This document shows positions 37,637 to 47,178 of a stretch of 64,000 nucleotides of DNA, one piece after another. The notes below the pieces were generated by a model. It did not search any database, was not told the origin of the DNA, and saw only the letters and a program-made list of their open reading frames with translations. The DNA comes from Acidobacteriaceae bacterium (lineage in GTDB: Bacteria > Acidobacteriota > Terriglobia > Terriglobales > Acidobacteriaceae). The stretch spans positions 29,395 through 93,394 of the forward strand of contig PLIO01000202.1 in the NCBI GenBank assembly GCA_003140075.1, written 5' to 3'. Positions within the stretch are counted from its first letter, which is position 1. The number at the start of each line of letters is the position of its first letter. The position numbers and the translations under genes are program-made.

Positions 37637-38304
37637 TTCCGTCGATCGACCTGATGGGCGGCAAGATCGTGCAGTTGGTGCAAGGTGAGAAGAAAGCGCT
37701 GGAGTTCGACAACTTCGAGTACTGGATTGAGCGCTTCTCGAAGTATCCGCTCGTGCAGGTGATCGACTTGGACGCGGCTCGAGGTACCGGCAGCAATCTG
37801 GCAATCGTGAATCAGATTGTTCAGAGGCTGAACTGCCAGGTAGGCGGCGGCATTCGCACTCTCGAAGCGGCACAGAGAGTCCTGAATTTGGGTGCGCGCC
37901 GAATCATTCTCGGGTCTGCGTTGTTGGAAAGTGGCAAGATCAACACGCAGTTCGCCGCGAAGTTAGCAAGTACGCTGGGTACGGCAGTGCTGGTGTTCGC
38001 CCTCGATTCGCGAGGCGGGCGGGTTGCGGTCGATGGGTGGCGCAAAAACACTGACGTCACTGCGTTCGAAATGATTCGTTCCCTCGAACCATTCTGTGGC
38101 ACTTTTCTCTATACGCATATCGAGACGGAGGGGTTAATGGGCGGAATCCCGATGGAGACCGTATGCGCGATCCGGCAAGCCACTTCGCGGCGGCTGGTGG
38201 TCGCTGGCGGTATTACGACACAACAAGAAATCGACTGCCTGGACGCACTCGGAATGGACGCCGTTGTCGGCATGGCTTTGTATTCCAGCAGGATTTCGGC
38301 GTGA
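37624..38304 (+). CDS. hisA: ProFAR isomerase (HisA family TIM barrel)
   Basis: ~225 aa. The start is GTG 37624 or ATG 37630. It has [18 protein letters not shown] at the N-terminus and GGGIR and VAGGI phosphate-binding motifs. It is shorter and more divergent than typical HisA. Confidence 0.8.
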   Translation: MAMLIPSIDLMGGKIVQLVQGEKKALEFDNFEYWIERFSKYPLVQVIDLDAARGTGSNLAIVNQIVQRLNCQVGGGIRTLEAAQRVLNLGARRIILGSALLESGKINTQFAAKLASTLGTAVLVFALDSRGGRVAVDGWRKNTDVTAFEMIRSLEPFCGTFLYTHIETEGLMGGIPMETVCAIRQATSRRLVVAGGITTQQEIDCLDALGMDAVVGMALYSSRISA

Positions 38305-38385
38305 AGGGATCTGGACTTATGGAGTGACTGTCGCTGCAGCACCTTTGATTTTGCAGATGCTGTGTGTTCGTTCTACGTAACCTAA

Positions 38386-40527
38386 TCACTGAGGTTGCGC
38401 TTCGAGCAGAAGATGTTTGTCGAATCGCGCAGGAACGGTAGCAATGGGGCCGTGAACGATGCCGAAATCTTTGCCGTTCACATAATCCACAACGTGATAG
38501 TTGCGGTCCTGGAGACCGCGCAGTTCAACGGAGCCGGTCCAATGGCGGGCGAAGAAGGCATAGTACATCTCTCCACCTTTGCGGATCGCGTGCGCCTCCG
38601 GAAGATCGAAGCCGATGTCGTAAAGATCTCCGAGATACTCTCCGCGCGAAAGCATTTTCTCTTTATAGATGCTTACCCATTTGGCAAAGTATTTCTCGCG
38701 TTCCGGAGTGAGGTCAAATTTGCTGCGTTTCGACACCAACTTCGGAAGCACGAATTGCGTGCCCACAACTCCCCCGACGCCTACGGTGGAGGCGAAATCG
38801 TCTGCCCCGTCGCTTAATTCAACGTGGTCGCCAAAGTAGGGTATGTTGTCGCCCATCAGCGCTTTCAATGTCTTGCCTTTGGAACGAACCTGGAAGGAAC
38901 TCTCAGGATCGGATGCCACCGACATGTTGAAGTGCGGCATGGTGAAGAACGAATACGCGGTACCGCAAGGGCAAAACTCAACCAATGCGTCGGGTTTCAC
39001 GCTGCGGGCGGTTTCGTACAGCTCACGAAAGAAATCGGGCAGCGCTTCGACAGAATCCTCGGGGTGCTTGTGATGATGCGCGGGATTGTAGCAAGGGGGA
39101 ACTGCGTTCATGTGCTGGCCGTCCAGTTTGAGACCGTCGAATCCCCAATCGCCGAGGATCTTTCGCACCAACGCTTTGTGGTACTCGATGACTTCCCGGT
39201 CAGCGGGGCAAAGATAGTCGGAGTTCCACCAGGAAATTTTTCGCCGGGAGCCGTCGCGATTGAGCAGTGCGAAATCAGGATGATCCTTGAGCAGCTTGGA
39301 ATCGGGGACAGCACTGAGAGGCGACCACCAAAGTTGGGCGCGAAAGCCTTCGTCATGAATTTTCTGGACGAGGGCTTTCATGTCGGCATCGCCGTGAGGA
39401 AACTTCTTCGGATCGAGCTCCCAATCGCCGTAGTTATTCTGCCAGCCGTCGTCCAGCGTTACCCAGGAAAAACCCAGCTTCTTGGCCGTGGGCAGCGTGT
39501 CGTAGACCTGTTTGAGTTGGACGGACCGGCCATAGCCCCAGGCGCACCAGATCGGCCCGAAAGCGCTGTCGGGCGCGGATGCCATTTGAAATCCCTGGCG
39601 CATCATCAGGCGACGGTATTCGGTAAGGGTGCGGAAGTAGTCTCCTTGATGCACGGAGACGAATGTCCGCAGAGTATGAAAACTTTCTCCCGGTTCCAGC
39701 GTTTGCTCCCGATTCGACTGCACCGCCACGCGAGCAAGGCCGGCGTCAGACATGGAAACGGGAAGCGAGACAAGCCGCGGTACCGGCTCGACGTGCCCGA
39801 CCGCGAGTCCAACATCCTTCCTCCAGACATCGACTATGGGAGTGCCGCCACCGTAGTCGCTGGCATTCATGCCGAGATAGTTCCGCTGATGAAATCCGGG
39901 GCGCAATGGCACCACCCAGTTGGGCCGCTTCTCGTACGAGCCACTCTGGTAAGACCAGAATGCAGGACCGGTTTTTGCGTTGCCGCCTTTCGCAGGCAAA
40001 GATCGCAGCAGATATCGATTGTTGGCCCATCCGTGGACGGTGAGCGGCGCGCTGCCTTCGTTTGTGTACTCCACATCGAAAATCGCCATCGAAGGAAAGT
40101 CGTCGTAGACGGTGACCGATACCTTCTTGCGTAGAGTTGTGGAATGGCCGGTCAGCCACAGGCGCTGGCCGGCGCCAAAAACGTCCGACACTTGCTCCCG
40201 TTGGCTCGAGTTCAAAGCAAAGTCCTTGAAGATGTGACCAGCACCAACCAGCGTTTCTGAGGCGGAGAAAGGGACTAGGGCCAGCATCTTCGAGGTTGCG
40301 CCAAAGAGTGGAACAACTCGGCTGTGCAGCTCCCGGTCGAATTCGATGCGCAGGACTGGACTCTGGAGAACGTTGCTCTGTATCGGGCTTTGGATCGGCA
40401 GATTGGCGGAGGAAGCGCTGGAAGCCGGAGAGGACTGAGCACCCGCGCCACTTTGCTGAGATTTCCAGGGGGTCGCCCATCCAAGCAGAGCAAGGCCGGC
40501 TAACGCGAGTGCCCGCAAGCGCGTCAT
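38386..40527 (-). CDS. Secreted clan GH-D glycoside hydrolase (alpha-galactosidase / alpha-N-acetylgalactosaminidase-like, GH36/GH27-like)
   Basis: 713 aa from ATG 40527, which gives the signal peptide MTRLRALALAGLALLGWA. The catalytic-domain pattern is WVTLDDGWQ...DWELDPKKFP...GFDGLKLDG. The 56-aa N-terminal extension in the track ORF is unlikely. Confidence 0.65.
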   Translation of the reverse strand: MTRLRALALAGLALLGWATPWKSQQSGAGAQSSPASSASSANLPIQSPIQSNVLQSPVLRIEFDRELHSRVVPLFGATSKMLALVPFSASETLVGAGHIFKDFALNSSQREQVSDVFGAGQRLWLTGHSTTLRKKVSVTVYDDFPSMAIFDVEYTNEGSAPLTVHGWANNRYLLRSLPAKGGNAKTGPAFWSYQSGSYEKRPNWVVPLRPGFHQRNYLGMNASDYGGGTPIVDVWRKDVGLAVGHVEPVPRLVSLPVSMSDAGLARVAVQSNREQTLEPGESFHTLRTFVSVHQGDYFRTLTEYRRLMMRQGFQMASAPDSAFGPIWCAWGYGRSVQLKQVYDTLPTAKKLGFSWVTLDDGWQNNYGDWELDPKKFPHGDADMKALVQKIHDEGFRAQLWWSPLSAVPDSKLLKDHPDFALLNRDGSRRKISWWNSDYLCPADREVIEYHKALVRKILGDWGFDGLKLDGQHMNAVPPCYNPAHHHKHPEDSVEALPDFFRELYETARSVKPDALVEFCPCGTAYSFFTMPHFNMSVASDPESSFQVRSKGKTLKALMGDNIPYFGDHVELSDGADDFASTVGVGGVVGTQFVLPKLVSKRSKFDLTPEREKYFAKWVSIYKEKMLSRGEYLGDLYDIGFDLPEAHAIRKGGEMYYAFFARHWTGSVELRGLQDRNYHVVDYVNGKDFGIVHGPIATVPARFDKHLLLEAQPQ

Positions 40528-40713
40528 GACCGGAGGATACCATCGATGCATTTCGATCGGAGTTTCATGCTCTTCCCTCGGCTCGCTTTCATCTTCATCC
40601 AGGGCCGCTTGCCGAAAGCCGGAACTGTGACGTATATTGCGAACGATTACATTTACTTTCGTTTCGTTGAGATTGTCAAGAGAATTTGCAGCCAACTAAG
40701 GAGATCAGTCGCC

Positions 40714-41919
40714 ATGTCCGTTAGACCGATTCTGTCATGCTTTGTATTTCTGGCGGCTTTCACGTGGTCCGCGGCTCAGAGTGCACCCCCTCAACAAGAC
40801 CAGTCGCAGGGGCAGATCGGTTACAAGTCCGCCGCCGGGGCGGACGCGAAGAAAACCCTGCTGCTGAAAGACTTCCACCCCGTCCCAATGCTGCATGCGC
40901 CGGCCCACAACGTGGACCGGGCCAAGTATTACGTGATCGACGTTCATAATCACGTGAACGACGCTATGCGAATCGACGATCACATGCCGCCAGAGCGCGT
41001 GGTAGAGATCATGAACAACACCAACGTCAAGACGGTGGTGATCCTCACCGGTATGTGGGGCGAAAAGCTGCAGGCGGTGATTGATGAGATGGTCAAACCC
41101 TATCCGGGACGCTTCATCGTCTTCAGCCAGATTGACTGGAGCAAGATCGACGACCCGAACTTTAGCCAGGAGATGGTGGCGCAGCTCGACGACGCCGTGG
41201 CGCGAGGGGCACGCGGTCTGAAGCAGTTAAAAGACCTCGGCCTGGGAGTGCGCGACAAGTCGGGGAAATTGATAGCGATCGATGACCCGCGCCTCGATCC
41301 CATCTGGGAGGAATGCGGAAGACTGGGCATTCCTGTCTCTATCCACTCTACCGATCCTGAAGCGTTCTTTCATCCCGTGGATAACACGAATGAACGGTAT
41401 GAAGAACTGACGGAACACCCGGACTGGAGTTTCTACGGGCCGCAGTTCCCTACGAAGGAATCGATTCTGGCGGCACGCGACCGCATGTTTGCCAAGCATC
41501 CGCACACGACCTTTGTCGCGCTGCACATGGCGAACTGGCCGGAGAATCTCGATTATGTTTCTCATTTGCTGGACACGCTTCCCAATGTGATGGTCGAGTT
41601 CGGTGCGCGGGAAGCTGAGCTCGGCCGCCAGCCCAGTCGCGCTCGCGAATTCTTCATCAAGTATCAAGACCGGATCATGTTCGGCACCGATAACGGCATG
41701 GATGAAGAGATGTACCGCAATCATTTCCGCTGGCTGGAGACCGGAGACGAATACTTCGACTATTGGGGATATCCCGGGCAGGGCCGCTGGGAGATATATG
41801 GCATGGAGCTTCCGGACTCGGTTTTGGAGAAGATCTATCACAAGAACGCAGAAAGGATTTTTGGGCAATTCCGCGGAGAAGCTCTGGCGCGCGGGAAGGA
41901 AACGACGCAGCGGAACTAG
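40714..41919 (+). CDS. Secreted metal-dependent amidohydrolase (amidohydrolase-2-like TIM barrel)
   Basis: 401 aa from ATG 40714 (AAGGAG upstream), with the signal peptide MSVRPILSCFVFLAAFTWSAAQ. It has a YVIDVHNH HxH metal motif, a later IHSTDPE and FGTDN near the C-terminus. Confidence 0.65.
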   Translation: MSVRPILSCFVFLAAFTWSAAQSAPPQQDQSQGQIGYKSAAGADAKKTLLLKDFHPVPMLHAPAHNVDRAKYYVIDVHNHVNDAMRIDDHMPPERVVEIMNNTNVKTVVILTGMWGEKLQAVIDEMVKPYPGRFIVFSQIDWSKIDDPNFSQEMVAQLDDAVARGARGLKQLKDLGLGVRDKSGKLIAIDDPRLDPIWEECGRLGIPVSIHSTDPEAFFHPVDNTNERYEELTEHPDWSFYGPQFPTKESILAARDRMFAKHPHTTFVALHMANWPENLDYVSHLLDTLPNVMVEFGAREAELGRQPSRAREFFIKYQDRIMFGTDNGMDEEMYRNHFRWLETGDEYFDYWGYPGQGRWEIYGMELPDSVLEKIYHKNAERIFGQFRGEALARGKETTQRN

Positions 41920-42677
41920 ACCAGAGTTACCTGGACTCCAGCTTTCTTTAGGGCGGCGAGATCCGGCTTGGGAATACCCCGGTCCGTAATTAGATGGTTT
42001 ACTCCTGAAGGTGGCGCGATCGAAGATAAGGTGCGACGGCCGAACTTGCTGGAGTCACACACCGCCACTACAGCCCTGGCCACATCCATCATCGCCCGAT
42101 TGACTTTGGCCTCCAGCAGATTCGGCGTGGTCAGACCATGTTGCACGTCGAAACCGTCCACTCCGAGAAAAAGGATGTCTCCATTGAGCCGGCGCAAAGT
42201 TTCTTCCGCGATTGGCCCAACCAGTGAGAACGAGTTCTTCCGCAAGGTCCCGCCGGTCAGAATCACCTCTAACGTAGAACCAGAGAGTTCGGCGGCGATA
42301 TTTACCGCGTTGGTGATTATGGTGAGGTTTTCAAACCTACGCAGCGCGCGTGCGATCGCCGTCGTCGTGGTCCCGGAATCGAGAATCACTACCTGACCCT
42401 CCTGTACCATGCGGGCGGCGGCAGCCGCAATCTGCAGCTTTTCCTTGCGATGCAGTTTCTCTTTTTCGCGCAGAGTCGGATCTTCAAGTGCGCTCTCGCG
42501 GGCGGGCAGAGCCCCGCCGTGGCTGCGGTGAATGCGGCCGTGGGCCTCGAGAGCGTCCAGATCCTTTCGGATGGTGACCTGGGAGGTGCGGAATTGCTTT
42601 GCCAGGTCGACGACCAGCACGCGGCCGTCGCGATTCAGGATGTCCAGGATGTGTCGGCGCCGTTCTTCGTTCAGCAC
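41916..42677 (-). CDS. DeoR/GlpR(AgaR)-family transcriptional repressor
   Basis: ~253 aa if GTG 42677 is the start; the track ORF extends to 42776. It has an N-terminal HTH (RRRHILDILNRDGRVLVVDLAKQFRTSQVTIRKDLDALE) and a C-terminal DeoR sugar-phosphate sensor domain (ILDSGTTT, VDGFD). Its stop overlaps the convergent amidohydrolase stop by 4 nt. Confidence 0.8.
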   Translation of the reverse strand: MLNEERRRHILDILNRDGRVLVVDLAKQFRTSQVTIRKDLDALEAHGRIHRSHGGALPARESALEDPTLREKEKLHRKEKLQIAAAAARMVQEGQVVILDSGTTTTAIARALRRFENLTIITNAVNIAAELSGSTLEVILTGGTLRKNSFSLVGPIAEETLRRLNGDILFLGVDGFDVQHGLTTPNLLEAKVNRAMMDVARAVVAVCDSSKFGRRTLSSIAPPSGVNHLITDRGIPKPDLAALKKAGVQVTLV

Positions 42678-42786
42678 AGGTCTACTCGGCAAGGCTGGCT
42701 TTCGGATGGATATGCATGGCCGTATCTTCAGCCTTTCTTTTTTACCGTGATCGGCTCCGTTTGTCCATGCCAGCAAAATTTTACGC

Positions 42787-42815
42787 TTGACAGCTTCGTG
42801 TAGCGAAAGTAAAAG
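42787..42815 (+). promoter_or_regulatory. Candidate promoter of the glycan-utilisation genes (TTGACA-N17-TAAAAG)
   Basis: Read by eye in the 150-nt divergent DeoR/hydrolase intergenic region. The -10 hexamer is imperfect. GAAAG/CGAAAC-type half sites lie nearby. Confidence 0.25.
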
Positions 42816-42827
42816 TTATTAAACGTA

Positions 42828-44723
42828 ATGATACGAAACAAAGCTATTTCGACCATCGCGCTATTGCTTCTGGTTCCGCTCCTGCCAGCGACCTCCGATT
42901 CGGTGGAGCAAGATTGGACCCATTACGTGCGCATCGGCGCCTATGGGCTAGGCAGCGACAATGCGAACCGGATTGTCCGGAGCGCGCAGGAAGACGGCGT
43001 ATTCGGCATCGAGGTCGACAACGACATACCCGGCCGCTATGAGAGTTTTCTCAACCCTGACGAAAAGCTGAAGGCAATCCGCGATGTCGCGGAAAAGGCA
43101 CACGCAGCAGGCAACCGGGCGTTCGTTTACATCGCCGGAACCGAGTGCATCACGGCCAACGCCGACAAAACTCCCCATACCCTCGCCAAGGATCATCCCG
43201 ACTGGCTCCAAAGGAAGATCAGTGGAGACCCTGCGGTCTTTGGAGGCGGCTCTGCTTTCTGGATAGCGAAGGGTGACGAGGATGTGTGGGTTAGCCCGTA
43301 CGCGCCAGCCTGGCGAAAAACTTACATGGAGCGGGTACGGCAGATTGCGGCCACGGGAATCGACGGAATTTACGTGGACATTCCCTACTGGATGACCCAC
43401 TTCGATGGCTGGGAAGACAGTTGGGCCAGCTTCGACGATTACACGGTGGCTGCGTTCAAAAAGGAGACGGGGCTTGATGCGAAGAAAGACCTGAAGCTGG
43501 GAGACTTTTCGGACCCCAGTTTCAGAAAATGGATCGATTTCCGAATTCAGACGTTCACCGATTTCATGCAAGAGACTGACCAGAACGCGAAGGCGGTGAA
43601 TCCTTCCATCAAGACGATTCCTGAAATTTACCCCGGTATTGAGGAAGAGGCCGTGCGCGTCGGGGCTGATGTTTACAGTTTGTATGCGGTCGTCGACGCC
43701 GTTGCCCATGAATATGAGTTCGGAAGTGGCGACCACATGGCCTCATCCAGAAGCGCGCTGGATTGGTTCAATTATCAGGTGGGGATGCAGTCGTTTCGCA
43801 CTTTCGCGCAAGGTAAGGCGACTTGGATATTGAACTACTCCTGGGACGGCGATCCCAAAGTGGATCGGCGTGAGGCCATGATGAATCTGGCAGTCTCGCA
43901 GTTGATGACGGGATCAAATTTCTGGGACGCGCCCGGACATTCGATGGCGGGATCGAACGACCTTGCAACCCGGAAGCGGATATTCTCCTGGATCAAAGCG
44001 CATCAAGAGACTTTCTACCGGCCCCGGACTGCAATCGCTCCCATTGGCGTCTACTTTTCTCCCGCTACGCGGAATTATTACGCAGAAGAATTTATCCCGT
44101 CCTATCGCGGAACTCTTATCCTTCTCATGCAGAAGCACCTGGAGTTCCAGGTCGTCACCCCGCGCACCCTCTCGGAATTCCACGGAAATACTTTGGTTCT
44201 GCCTGACGTGCGGGTGATCAGCGAGGGCGAAAGAGAGTGGTTGCGCAAGTATATGGATAGCAGCAAGACGCTGGTGATCACGGGAGAAGATGCTACGCAG
44301 TTAGGTTCTGCCGCGAACGTACTCCGGTTCAGTAAGTGCCCCGGAAAGGATTACTATGCGGCGCTGCAGACCAGCGTCGAGGAAGCGAGCCCAGATCGAG
44401 AGCGCGACTTTCTGCAGAGTTTGAAATCCGAGACGCCGGTTCGCGTGTCCGCCTCCTCCATGATCGCTACGTCAATCGCCCAGGTCGACGGAACGCCTCA
44501 CGTGTTTTTCGCGAACTTCGCCGGGCTGAAGGGTGGGGCGAACCCGATTCAGACGCCGCAGACTGACGTTCAAGTCACGGTGACGGGTGCAACCAAAGGA
44601 CGTGGATTCTTTCTTCCGTTTCTCGGAGATGTACGGCCACTGAATGGCACTGCGGAAGGCGCAAATATCAGTTACAGTCTTCCGGCGATTGAAAAAGGCG
44701 GGGTATTTTGGTTTGAGCGGTGA
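42828..44723 (+). CDS. Secreted putative glycoside-hydrolase-like TIM-barrel protein (family uncertain; GH114/GHL-like pattern)
   Basis: 631-aa ORF with the signal peptide MIRNKAISTIALLLLVPLLPATS. The segment NRAFVYIAGTEC...VWVSPYAPAWRKTYMERVRQIAATGIDGIYVDIPYW resembles the beta-strand/acid pattern of GH114-type and related GHL barrels. This is a weak assignment by eye. Confidence 0.45.
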   Translation: MIRNKAISTIALLLLVPLLPATSDSVEQDWTHYVRIGAYGLGSDNANRIVRSAQEDGVFGIEVDNDIPGRYESFLNPDEKLKAIRDVAEKAHAAGNRAFVYIAGTECITANADKTPHTLAKDHPDWLQRKISGDPAVFGGGSAFWIAKGDEDVWVSPYAPAWRKTYMERVRQIAATGIDGIYVDIPYWMTHFDGWEDSWASFDDYTVAAFKKETGLDAKKDLKLGDFSDPSFRKWIDFRIQTFTDFMQETDQNAKAVNPSIKTIPEIYPGIEEEAVRVGADVYSLYAVVDAVAHEYEFGSGDHMASSRSALDWFNYQVGMQSFRTFAQGKATWILNYSWDGDPKVDRREAMMNLAVSQLMTGSNFWDAPGHSMAGSNDLATRKRIFSWIKAHQETFYRPRTAIAPIGVYFSPATRNYYAEEFIPSYRGTLILLMQKHLEFQVVTPRTLSEFHGNTLVLPDVRVISEGEREWLRKYMDSSKTLVITGEDATQLGSAANVLRFSKCPGKDYYAALQTSVEEASPDRERDFLQSLKSETPVRVSASSMIATSIAQVDGTPHVFFANFAGLKGGANPIQTPQTDVQVTVTGATKGRGFFLPFLGDVRPLNGTAEGANISYSLPAIEKGGVFWFER

Positions 44724-44784
44724 CGGCTGAATGCCGGGCCGAGCGATGCCGCGAAGGACTTGTCGCATCAAGGAGGTTTTGAGG

Positions 44785-45969
44785 GTGAATGCCCTTGCTG
44801 AGTTGTTGAGTCTTCCGGACAGTGACAAAAATGCTCGTGGGTTGACTCACACCCCTGCGGAAATCGCGCAGCAGCCCGACGCATGGCTATCTACGTTCGA
44901 ATTCTTTCGAAGAAAACAGGCCGAGATCGCGGAATTCTTATCGCTAGCGGGACTAGACGCAAGTCCAGAGTTGAGACCAACGGTTTTCCTCATCGGCGCC
45001 GGGACTTCCGATTATATCGGGCAATCCCTGGCCTATCTTCTGCGCAAGCAGTGGCAGTGCGACGTGATTGCCGTCCCCAGCACCGACCTGCTGACACACA
45101 GGGATGAGTTGTTGCTCCCGGAGAAAGAGTATCTCTGGCTCTCTTTTTCGCGCTCAGGGGACAGTCCGGAAGGAGTTGCGGTGCTCGAAAGCGCTCGCAA
45201 GAGCCGCCCGGATATTCATCACCTCGTGATCTCTTGCAATGCCGCAGGCCGCATGATCTGCGAAAGTTCAGACTCGCCGCGAGTATTGGGTGTTTGCCTG
45301 GATGATGCCGTTAACGATCGAGGATTGGCCATGACCAGCTCTTTCTCCAACATGGTGATCTTCGGTCAGTGCCTGGCGCACGCGAACAGCCTTGTTCGAT
45401 ATGAGGAAGTCCTGTCGCAACTGGTTGAGGCGGGTAGGAATTTTCTGCCGGTTGCAGCAGACTGCGCGTCCACGCTGGCGAAGGGCGCGTACACCAAGGC
45501 TTGCTTTGTCGGTTCAGGCCCCCTGAGGGCGGTTGCGAAGGAGTCTGCTCTCAAGCTGCTGGAGCTGACTGCAGGAAAAACCTTGACCATGTCGGAATCG
45601 GTATTAGGACTCCGCCATGGCCCCATGGCTGCGATGGATGAAGAAACGCTATTCGTTTGTTTTCTTTCGGGAAATCGGCGGGTTCAGCAGTACGAGCGAG
45701 ATTTGCTCAATGAAATCGGAAAGAAGGCGTTGGTTCGGTCCAGGGTTGTTGTGGCCGGGAGCGAAATCTCCAGCAGCGACTCTTTCGCCGAGTACTATCT
45801 GACGGGCAATCTTTCGAGCGCTATAGGCGATGACTACCGGCCCGCGTTGGACGTCATCTTCGGGCAATTGCTGGGGTTGTTCTTTTCACTGCGATGGAGC
45901 CTACGGCCCGATTGCCCAAGCCCGAATGGAGCCATCAGCCGAGTGGTGCAGCATATCAATATTCACTAG
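44785..45969 (+). CDS. SIS-domain sugar-phosphate isomerase/deaminase, AgaS-like
   Basis: 394 aa from GTG 44785, with AAGGAGG 8 nt upstream. It has two SIS modules with GAGTSDYIG and SRSGDSPE motifs, as in AgaS/GlmS-isomerase-type proteins. Confidence 0.75.
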   Translation: MNALAELLSLPDSDKNARGLTHTPAEIAQQPDAWLSTFEFFRRKQAEIAEFLSLAGLDASPELRPTVFLIGAGTSDYIGQSLAYLLRKQWQCDVIAVPSTDLLTHRDELLLPEKEYLWLSFSRSGDSPEGVAVLESARKSRPDIHHLVISCNAAGRMICESSDSPRVLGVCLDDAVNDRGLAMTSSFSNMVIFGQCLAHANSLVRYEEVLSQLVEAGRNFLPVAADCASTLAKGAYTKACFVGSGPLRAVAKESALKLLELTAGKTLTMSESVLGLRHGPMAAMDEETLFVCFLSGNRRVQQYERDLLNEIGKKALVRSRVVVAGSEISSSDSFAEYYLTGNLSSAIGDDYRPALDVIFGQLLGLFFSLRWSLRPDCPSPNGAISRVVQHINIH

Positions 45970-46014
45970 GAACCAAGTGTGCCGTCGCACTCCAGAACGC
46001 GAAAGGAGTACTCA

Positions 46015-46977
46015 GTGAGCGAGGTTTGCGTTGTCGGAGAGATCAACTTGGATCTGATTCTTTACGGTTTGCCCAAAGATCTTCCGCCCGACAGAGAAGT
46101 GCTGGCCAGCGGCCTGGCGTTCACGCTGGGAAGTTCGTCGGCGATCTTCGCTCATAACCTGCATGTGTTGGGCACGCAAGTTGGTTTTATATCCAAGATC
46201 GGCGGCGACCCTCTGGGAAAAATGGCGCTGGATCGTCTGTCCGTTGTGGGTGTCGATACCAGCTGCGTAAAGCAAGGAACCAGCAAGACATCCACCGGTC
46301 TCACTGTAGTGCTGCCGCATGCCCATGATCGTTACATGTTGACGTATCCGGGCACGATGTTTGAGATGCAGTATTCAGATATCGACATGGACTACGTCCT
46401 CGGCGCTCGGCATCTGCACCTTTCCTCCTTCTTTTTGCACCGCGCCTTGCGGCCGCGCATTCCTGACTTGTTCCGGCAGGCGAAGGAAGCGGGTCTCACC
46501 ACGTCTCTGGATACGAACGATGATCCCGAAGATTTATGGGGGCTCGACCTGAACGAAGTTTTGAAGTATGTCGATGTTTTTCTTCCCAACGAGCGCGAGG
46601 CAAAAAAAATTGCACGGACGGAGGATCCTTCGCAGGCGCTCAATCAGTTGGCTGGGCTTGCCAAAGTAGTCGTAATCAAGCGCGGCTCAAGCCCCTCCCT
46701 CTGCCGCTCGGGGAATCAGGAGTGGAGCTGTGCGCCGCCGTTTGCCGAAGTTGTCGACGATGTCGGTGCAGGCGATACGTTCGATTCTGCTTTCGTTCAT
46801 CTGTACCTGCGCGGGGCAAAGCTCGACGATTGCCTGGCTTTTGCGAACATCGCAGCCGCGTACTCGGTTACGAAAGCGGGCGGCACGGAAGCATTTCGAG
46901 ACCGCGCGGACCTGTTTAGCTTTATGCGGCGGCAATGGGCCGCTATGGGCAAGGGCGCTTTTCCTTTGCACGATTAG
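46015..46977 (+). CDS. PfkB-family carbohydrate (sugar-phosphate) kinase
   Basis: 320 aa from GTG 46015, with AAAGGAG 6 nt upstream. It begins VCVVGEINLDL and has the C-terminal PfkB signature DDVGAGDTFDSAF. Confidence 0.8.
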   Translation: MSEVCVVGEINLDLILYGLPKDLPPDREVLASGLAFTLGSSSAIFAHNLHVLGTQVGFISKIGGDPLGKMALDRLSVVGVDTSCVKQGTSKTSTGLTVVLPHAHDRYMLTYPGTMFEMQYSDIDMDYVLGARHLHLSSFFLHRALRPRIPDLFRQAKEAGLTTSLDTNDDPEDLWGLDLNEVLKYVDVFLPNEREAKKIARTEDPSQALNQLAGLAKVVVIKRGSSPSLCRSGNQEWSCAPPFAEVVDDVGAGDTFDSAFVHLYLRGAKLDDCLAFANIAAAYSVTKAGGTEAFRDRADLFSFMRRQWAAMGKGAFPLHD

Positions 46978-47178
46978 GCCGACTACGAAGCTGGATTTCT
47001 CCTCGTTCACTGGCGAAGTCTGAAAGTTGGCAGGAATCGCAGGATGGCGCCATGGACATGTTTATGACTAAAACCGCAAGACCTGAGATTTTCGATTCCG
47101 GCGTCTTCCTTCAACCGCCGGCGTGGCGCGCTCACTGCGGAAAACACCACGTACGCCCAAAGCAAAGGGAGGATTTTC

